A DNA stretch of 64,000 nucleotides, taken from positions 412,486,001-412,550,000 of the forward strand of contig OZ024740.1 in NCBI GenBank assembly GCA_964016885.1, in the 5' to 3' direction. The notes beneath the pieces are model-generated. The model was given only the letters and a program-made list of their open reading frames with translations, was not told where the DNA came from and did no database searches. The stretch's first letter is position 1; the number at the start of each line of letters is the position of its first letter. The translations under genes and the position numbers were made by a program. Origin of the DNA: Eledone cirrhosa. Its lineage: Eukaryota. This document shows, in pieces, positions 55,981 to 64,000 of the stretch.

Positions 55981-57022
55981 ATCTGATTTAGTTTGATTTA
56001 GTAATACTATTTATGCCTTCCTTTACGTAAATGTTTATTTTTACGCTGAAAGCTTTCATGATGGATATTCTGTTGCATTTTTTTCGGTTGCATAATAGTT
56101 TATTCGAGATTTTGAATTCAATTACAGTCCCCAACATAGAAAAAGTATACAAATATCAACACTAATCTAAACGTCATTTTGTAATTTCTCACCGAACACA
56201 CTCAAGAACTATGTCCTTATTAGTTAGATTTCTTTATGAGGCATTCCAGAATATTTACCGTAACGCTTTTCATTTTTTTTTTCTTTTTTTCTGCTTACTT
56301 CTTGAAAATATGATTTTAACGAGGTTTTGATTTAAAGAATTGCTCTCTAAATCCTTTTCATAAATGTTTTCTGGTGTATTTGTGAATCGATTCTATAATT
56401 TGATCAAACAATTATCGTTAGATACATTATTTGGAGAAGAAAAAACATTCGTTATTATAGAAATATAAGATATTCACTTTCTCACCTCAGTTGAAATACT
56501 AAAAATGAGAATATGCAAAACCTATACTGTTTCATGAGATAAGATATAAACACGTATGAAGTTTTACAAGTAATAATCAATAAAGAACTCCACTTTCTAT
56601 TCTTAGATTCTCATTATTTCATAGACCTTAAAGAATCCTTAAAGAATCAACTTAATTGTTACAGTCTGTTTGTCTAAAAAAGTGAGAGTGATTTGTTTTC
56701 TGTTCAGCGTCTATTCTGTAACGGTTTTATTGATTTTATATGCACAACAATTATCTGGGACAATGTAGCAGTTTATAACTTGGAACAGTGGGAATCATAC
56801 AATTTAGCTAGCAATGATACAAGCAGAGAACATGGGTAATGTTACTTCATAGGTTTGTAATATCGCAAATTATATTCATTTTCAAACAACGATATCAGAA
56901 AGAATATCTCACAATCACCCGTTTTAAGTGATAAATTATTTACTGAAATTTTAATATATCATTATAAAATATCTCATCATATGTATGTTTAACTATAAAC
57001 TTATACCCCAGCCGATTTTAAG

Positions 57023-57105
<83 letters not shown>

Positions 57106-57120
57106 CATATATATACATAA

Positions 57121-57221
<101 letters not shown>

Positions 57222-57450
57222 TATATATTTCGTTTCTGAACTTACAATTAAGGACAAAATGAAAACAGACACACACTTAGAACAAACAACCAACCATTAA
57301 CATGTAAATAAACAAATAAATAAACAAATATAAACACACACAGACACCTGGATGTAACACATGCGCAAGCTAAGCACACAACACACACAAAAACAAGATG
57401 GCGTAGCACAGAGCAAAGGAGAGGCACAAAAACAAAGAAAAGAATCCCCA

Positions 57451-57493
57451 GTAACTGAAGAGGTCACATAATGTGTGCCGAAAGAACTTTGAC
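57451..57493 (+). ncRNA. Minimal HHR motif
   Basis: CTGAAGA-GGTCACA(taatg)TGTGCC-GAAA-GAAC-TT-TGAC. Confidence 0.6.
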
Positions 57494-57656
57494 AATATAT
57501 GAACAATCATCTAGTTGTGGAACCAACCAACCAACCGGAAATTTATAAATTCCTAAATTTATGAATTTAATTTATAATAAATTGAAGTGAAGCAGCTGGT
57601 GCGTGTGTTTCTTATTGGCAACATGACCGTCCCAAAGTATAACAATATATATATAT

Positions 57657-58509
57657 ACCAACACCACCACCTTCCAGGGTCCCAACGGCCACTCTCTCTC
57701 GGTCCGGCATGCCTTCCGCTGCACCTCCTCCAACCTAGTCTACGGACTTCGTTGCACGGAGTGCAGCGCGACTTATGTCGGACAGACGGGACGTCGCCTG
57801 GCGGACCGAGTCACGGAGCACCTCCGGGATATTCGTCTCGGGGGCAGTTCCCCCATCGCCCGCCACTTTGGTGGCCCTGGACACTCCGCACGCCATCTCA
57901 CAGTCTGTGGCCTACTCCAGTGCCACGGAACACCCGCCCATCGCCTTACGGTCGAACAACGCACTATCTTCATCTTACAGACCCACACTCCCTCCGGCCT
58001 GAACTCCCCACCCTTATTCCTTTAGCGTTCGACCGCCCCCTCCCCCCATACTTATCCCCCACTAACACCACTAACACACCCCTCCTTTTCACCGCCCACC
58101 CCACACTAACAATACTAACACCTCCACTCCACCCCTCATCTGACCACCCTTCCCCAACTAACATACTAACATCCCTTCCCTCCCCTCTTCTCCTCCTCCC
58201 CCTCTTTATCACACGCACACACGCACCCACTTACACCACCCACCCCACACGCAACTAACATCACTAACACCCTCCAACCCCACGCACACGTACCCACACA
58301 CCCTCGTACACTACCAACTCTACACACCTACCCCCACTAACCCCCACTCACACCTGCATTCCACCCCTCCCCACCTCCCGTATACTAACACCCACTAACA
58401 CCTCTTCACCAAACTACACACACACCAGTACACCACACTCCCTCCATAGAACCACACACACCCTTCTCTCCCCGCTCCACACTCACTCATCCCACTAACA
58501 CCCCTACTA

Positions 58510-58558
<49 letters not shown>

Positions 58559-59520
58559 CCTCACTCCAACTCTCACACCTACCCATCCTCGCCTCCCTAC
58601 CATTCCGCCGACTGCTGCTATGCCCTTCCGACTACATCTCAGCACCAACTGACCACAGCACTCCCACTGCTGACCACTTCCTGTTGCGCGCACACCCCAC
58701 ATCTCTCCTCTTCCGACCACCGCTTCTTGGATTACCCACACGCGAAATTGACTTCTAACCAAAATCTCCAAACATCCGTGGAACTTACCAACTTTTCAAC
58801 CATCCTCTTACACCATCACCTATATAACTCACCCACACACACACCCCAACAACAATTTTTTTTATCCACACGCCACCCACACCCACAACACGCTTAAACC
58901 ACACACACGTGCTTCCCACCACATATTTACACCCTCAGCCTCCTGATTCCTCTCCCCCCCACCCCCTATCCACACACGCACAGAAACTCCGACCCACAAA
59001 AACACCCCCCACACACACCTTCCTGAACATGCAACCCCGTTCTTCCCCCAACCCTCACTTTCACATACACACACACACACACGCACACCTAACCACACAC
59101 ACCACCTTCAGCCCTCCCCGCTCGGACACCCCGTCTCCCTCTCCCCACTCCACCCGCCACCACCCCTACTCACCGCACACCCTTCCACCACCTGTTTACC
59201 TCCCTTTTAATTTCAGTTTATTTTGATCATGCCTTTATTTTTAAATTTTCTCATTCCTTGTATTTTGATCATGCTTTATTTTTATTTATTATATTTTTTG
59301 TCTTTATTTGTTAATTTTTCATTCGCACCGTTTCCTTTCGCTATATGTCTCTCCACCACTCCCCTACACACCTTTTGAACTCTGTTCCCACACACTTCTC
59401 ACCTGAAGAAGGGCTTATGCCCGAAACGTCGTCCCCCACCTACCCCCCACTCACCTGAGCGTGAATTTAATAAACATTTATCGTACTGCCTCTCTGTTCT
59501 GTCCCTGTTCAATTATTCAT
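57657..59520 (+). mobile_element. PLE with CCHH-type GIY-YIG, a C/A-rich 3' region and an HHR
   Basis: NLVYGLRCTECSATYVGQTGRRLADRVTEH...PIARHF...EQRTIFILQTHTPSGLN; HHR at 59401-59432. Confidence 0.9.
59401..59432 (+). ncRNA. Minimal HHR motif
   Basis: CTGAAGA-A-GGGC(ttat)GCCC-GAAA-CG-TC. Confidence 0.75.
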
Positions 59521-59700
59521 TATATATATATATTGCTGTCGTTTATTTATCTACTATTTCTTCATGGGTGCATTTAATCTTATAGCCTGGTCTAATTGAT
59601 TTTTTGTGTGGTTAATTATGCTAATTGGGAGAGGAAATGGTGTATATATATTATCAAATGATTCAAATGATTCTATGGACATACTTTATAGTATATATAC

Positions 59701-59809
<109 letters not shown>

Positions 59810-60472
59810 TATACATATATATGTGTGTGTGTCGCCAAAAATTCTCATATTACCACACCGAACACTGCCTCTAAACTACACAAACTCAACAAACCTATTC
59901 ACTACACATCGTCATTCCATACACCGGAAATCCTAGAGCACTCGTCCAATTTCTCGATATTCGACAACTCACATATCTGCTTAGCCTTGATGATTCTCGT
60001 CCTAAACTATTTTAAATTATCGAGTGAAACATAACAGCAGAAAAACGATTATTCTAAATTTAGACATTTCACAACATGTGGTTACCCCTTTCACTGGTTC
60101 AAATTACCGGAAACATGCTTTTGGAGACGACCACATCACCCCACAAAACACACCACTCAACTACAAACCCACCATAATGTCTTATGGTCCATAATGATAC
60201 TAATGTCATGTATATTACGTAGATAAACACTTCACGCTAATATTTATGAATTATATGTAATATTTAATATGCAATAAAAACATTTTGCAAGTCAACATTC
60301 GTTTACCAATAAATAAAAATAAATAAGATATGTATACATTCTGTTGATTGCAAGAATAAAACATACTGATACGACGGCAGCGCACTTCCTACGGAATAAA
60401 CCTTCCCATATTGCTGCCCCCTCCAGTAATCAACAACTTTAGAACAAAACCTATATTTCACACACACGCACG

Positions 60473-60537
<65 letters not shown>

Positions 60538-60611
60538 AAACATACGTATATTATATAGGTTTATATATATATATATATTACTATGTAATAAACAACATAA
60601 GGCAATTATTC

Positions 60612-60665
60612 CATTTACCAGTGGTTTCTTAAAAGCAAAAGGTTTTGCTTTCAATCCTCAGAATG
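60612..60665 (-). ncRNA. Intact HHR motif (pLTR copy 1)
   Basis: CATT-CTGAGGA-TTGAAAGCAAAA(cc)TTTTGCTTTTAA-GAAA-CCACTGG-TA^AATG. Confidence 0.85.
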
Positions 60666-60821
60666 AAAAAATCCTGGTTTGTTTATTGAATTTTGATTTT
60701 AAAAACAAAAATGCAATCTATATGAAAGTGAGGCTGGGGAAGGAAGAAGGAAAGGAAAAATAAAATAAAACTACACATGCAAACACACACACAAAAAACC
60801 CCACAAAAGCATACATACACG

Positions 60822-60893
<72 letters not shown>

Positions 60894-60980
60894 CACATAT
60901 ATATACATACACATATATGCACATACACATACATACACATAACCTCATACATACACACACACACACACATATACACACAC

Positions 60981-61032
<52 letters not shown>

Positions 61033-61441
61033 TCATATATATATACATGTGTGTACAAGCATACACATACACAAACATAGCCATAGACATACACATATAC
61101 ATACATACATTCACACATTCATACATATATACACACGTACATACATACACATACATAAATGCACTCCTCTACATATTCACACACGCAAATAAATATAAGA
61201 AAAAAATAAATATATATTAAACATTTTTGACACCGATACATAAGGCAGCTAACTGGACAGACGCGCGTGGTAAGTAATACACACAAATGCACGTATACAT
61301 ACGTACGAAATAGTAAATACATACACACACTCTCACACATAAATATACATATACAAATACATAAACACATACATACACATACATGCACAAACATGCACAC
61401 GTATACAATATATACACACACATATGTATATGTAATTATAT

Positions 61442-61492
<51 letters not shown>

Positions 61493-61583
61493 AATATAAA
61501 CATACACACACACACACACATATATGTATACATACACACACATATACATACATATATATATACACACGCACATATACACACAC

Positions 61584-61614
<31 letters not shown>

Positions 61615-61759
61615 CAAACATATATATATACATATGCATACACATACACACACACATACATGTGTGTATGTGTAAAACTCAGTCTTAGATAATTCATATG
61701 AACCTTACATATACATATATATAGTAGTAAAGTAATAAAGCAACATAAGGCAATTATTC

Positions 61760-61813
61760 CATTCACCAGTGGTTTCTTAAAAGCAAAAAAATTTTCCTTC
61801 AATCTTCAGAATG
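61760..61813 (-). ncRNA. HHR motif (pLTR copy 2; GUG at the cleavage triplet)
   Basis: Direct repeat of 60612-60665 with CTGAAGA and GTG. Confidence 0.7.
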
Positions 61814-61893
61814 AAAAAAAACCTGGTCTATCCACATATACATACTTATACACACACAAATATATACATATATATACACATACACATACACAC

Positions 61894-61926
<33 letters not shown>

Positions 61927-63306
61927 CATACATATATACATATATATATATACAACAAATATACATACACATACACATAGGTATGTGAACGGCAAGGCAA
62001 AAAATAATATATGGGGGGGGGGGGGGGACATAAGAGAAGGTGAAATATAAGGGGAGGTAAGGGAGAAAAAAAAAGTAAATATACAAGAGTATAGAACGTA
62101 GAATCAGCAAAATAAAAACCGTAGCAGAAGTAAAGAGCAGAGAGGGAGTTCAAGGCGGTTGATTTATCATAGGAGTGTCAATCCAGTTGCAGATCAGATG
62201 CGATTTCAGTTGAGGACAGCATCTGAAGATCTCATTCTTTGAGTTAAGGCAAGCGGAAGTGGCTCTCAAGTTTAGCAAAATCCTATACTTTTCTGTGGTA
62301 CACAAAGAACAATTCTTTGTGCCCCTTTGGTACTCCCTCGAATGGTCTAATATAGACCAAATAATAGAGTACGGGATGTTACTATCCTTGAGTTCCCACA
62401 CCTTACTTGCGAGGGCCGTTGATGTTCGTTTATCGGAGTGCTAAAAAGAAGCGACATGTGAGTAAAATCTGGTTTTAAACCTGTCCTGGGTCATACCGAC
62501 ATATCGCTCACTCCTGGCTGGCTGGTTGTTGATTACCGGTGTTATCTTAGCCTCACAAACGACAGATTTGGTGTTACATTTACCCTGCAATGGGCATTCA
62601 TCCGGCTTCCTGCAACTGCATCCTGGATTTATTCTCGTACGGTTTGAACTGGTTTTGGACTTCATAGATGGGCAACAAGAGTAGCTGATCTTGACTACGT
62701 TCCTATTAAAAATCTTATAATATCTATGATTAGGAGGAAAATGTGTGTCTAATAGTTCAAGGAATTTCCTTCCTACATTAGTTTTGACAGTTAGAGAGAA
62801 GGGGGGTGTGAACCAAATAATCTTCCTTTTCCTGTTATTGTGGTTAGTTTTAGGGGGGGAGTAGTTAAATAAGAATTTTTTTCTGCAAAACCGGTGTTCT
62901 TAAGGGCTTTATTATAATAAGGGGTGGCTTTATTAAAAATGTCCATAGACGAAGATAAGGTAGAAATCCTACGGCTAATGTTAGGAATAAGATTATTAAA
63001 AACTATAGGGGGATGGCAAGACTCTTTGTGTATATACCTAAGATTTTCATTAGGTTTATGATAGGGTTTAAAAGAGGCAGTAAGTAGATCAAGATTAATA
63101 TCAAGAAAGTTAGCATTAGTATGGTTCGTATCTATAGTAATTTAAGGTTAAGACTAGCAAAAGTATTGATTAAATCTTTACGGAATTTATCAAGGTTATG
63201 GCCGTTGGTGGTATGAGAAACTGCTAATCCGTCATCACGGTATAAACCGATATTATGGGACGGGAATTTCTCTTTGAGGGTGATGACGGATTAGCAGTTT
63301 CTCATA

Positions 63307-64000
63307 CTGCTAATCCGTCATCACCCTCAAAGACAAATTCCCGTCCCATAATATCGGTTTATACCGTGATGACGGATTAGCAGTTTCTCATACCACCAAC
63401 GGCCATAACCTTGATAAATTCCGTAAAGATTTAATCAATACTTTTGCTAGTCTTAACCTTAACATTACTATAGATACGAACCTTACTAATGCTAACTTTC
63501 TTGATATTAATCTTGATCTACTTACTGCCTCTTTTAAACCCTATCATAAACCTAATGAAAATCTTAGGTATATACACAAAGAGTCTTGCCATCCCCCTAT
63601 AGTTTTTAATAATCTTATTCCTAACATTAGCCGAAGGATTTCTACCTTATCTTCGTCTATGGACATTTTTAATAAAGCTGCCCCTTATTATAATGAAGCC
63701 CTTATGAACAGCGGTTTTACAAAAAACAATTCTTATTTACCTACTCCCCCCCCCCCTAAAACTAACCACAATAACACGAAAAGGAAGATTATTTGGTTCA
63801 CACACCCCTTCTCTCTAACTGTCAAAACTAATGTCGGAAGGAAATTCCTTGAACTATTAGACAAACATTTTCCTCCTAATCATAGATATTATAAGATTTT
63901 TAATAGGAACATAGTTAAGATCAGCTACTCTTGTTGCCCATCTATGAAGTCCAAAATCACCAGTTCAAACCGTGCGAGAATAAATCCAGGATGCAGTTGC
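63307..64000 (+). mobile_element. Inverted (head-to-head) copy of the same PLE RT, running off the window
   Basis: IGLYRDDGLAVSHTTNGHNLDKFRKDL...NFLDINLDLLTASFKPYHKP...SCHPP; reverse complement of ~62611-63297. Confidence 0.92.

Larger units (their letters stand above)
60580..63297 (-). mobile_element. Naiad-type PLE, 5'-truncated just upstream of the RT YRDD motif, with tandem pLTRs
   Basis: GLYRDDGL, NFLDINLDL, CSCRKPDECPLQGKC, YVGMTQDRFKTRFYSH, CSLCTTEK; frameshifts. Confidence 0.92.

Noticed and set aside
58030-59200. C-rich tract as telomeric repeat or coding sequence
   Set aside because: No regular CCCTAA units; low-complexity sequence between a GIY-YIG end and its HHR
62570-62625. 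Selenocysteine recoding, as reported for some Naiad PLEs
   Set aside because: The CxCx5C motifs here and at 33309 and 40387 use TGT/TGC, with no in-frame TGA at Cys positions

Overview
AT-rich, microsatellite-dense eukaryotic DNA with no host protein-coding exon that I can support. The repeat content, especially the abundant tRNA-derived SINE with a Nin/Deu-like core, suggests a mollusc, probably an octopod cephalopod (inference). The window is mostly mobile-element relics: about 17 SINE copies; Penelope-like elements (PLEs) with GIY-YIG and RT remnants, both Naiad-type and CCHH-type; CR1, CRE, RTE, R4/Dong-like and Tx1-like LINE fragments; a Helitron; a pogo-like transposase relic; and a MITE. 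The main signal is about 14 head-to-head foldback insertions from many unrelated PLE 3'-end families. They sit in (TA)n tracts, most carry minimal type-I hammerhead ribozyme (HHR) motifs, and they usually have one long and one short arm. Their junctions record mechanism, including a snap-back junction at ~63.3 kb and a copy of one foldback's junction 18 kb away. Other highlights are a twister-like motif in a bipartite RTE derivative and an unclassified ~600-bp element with terminal direct repeats. All alignments and RNA folds were done by eye and boundaries are approximate.
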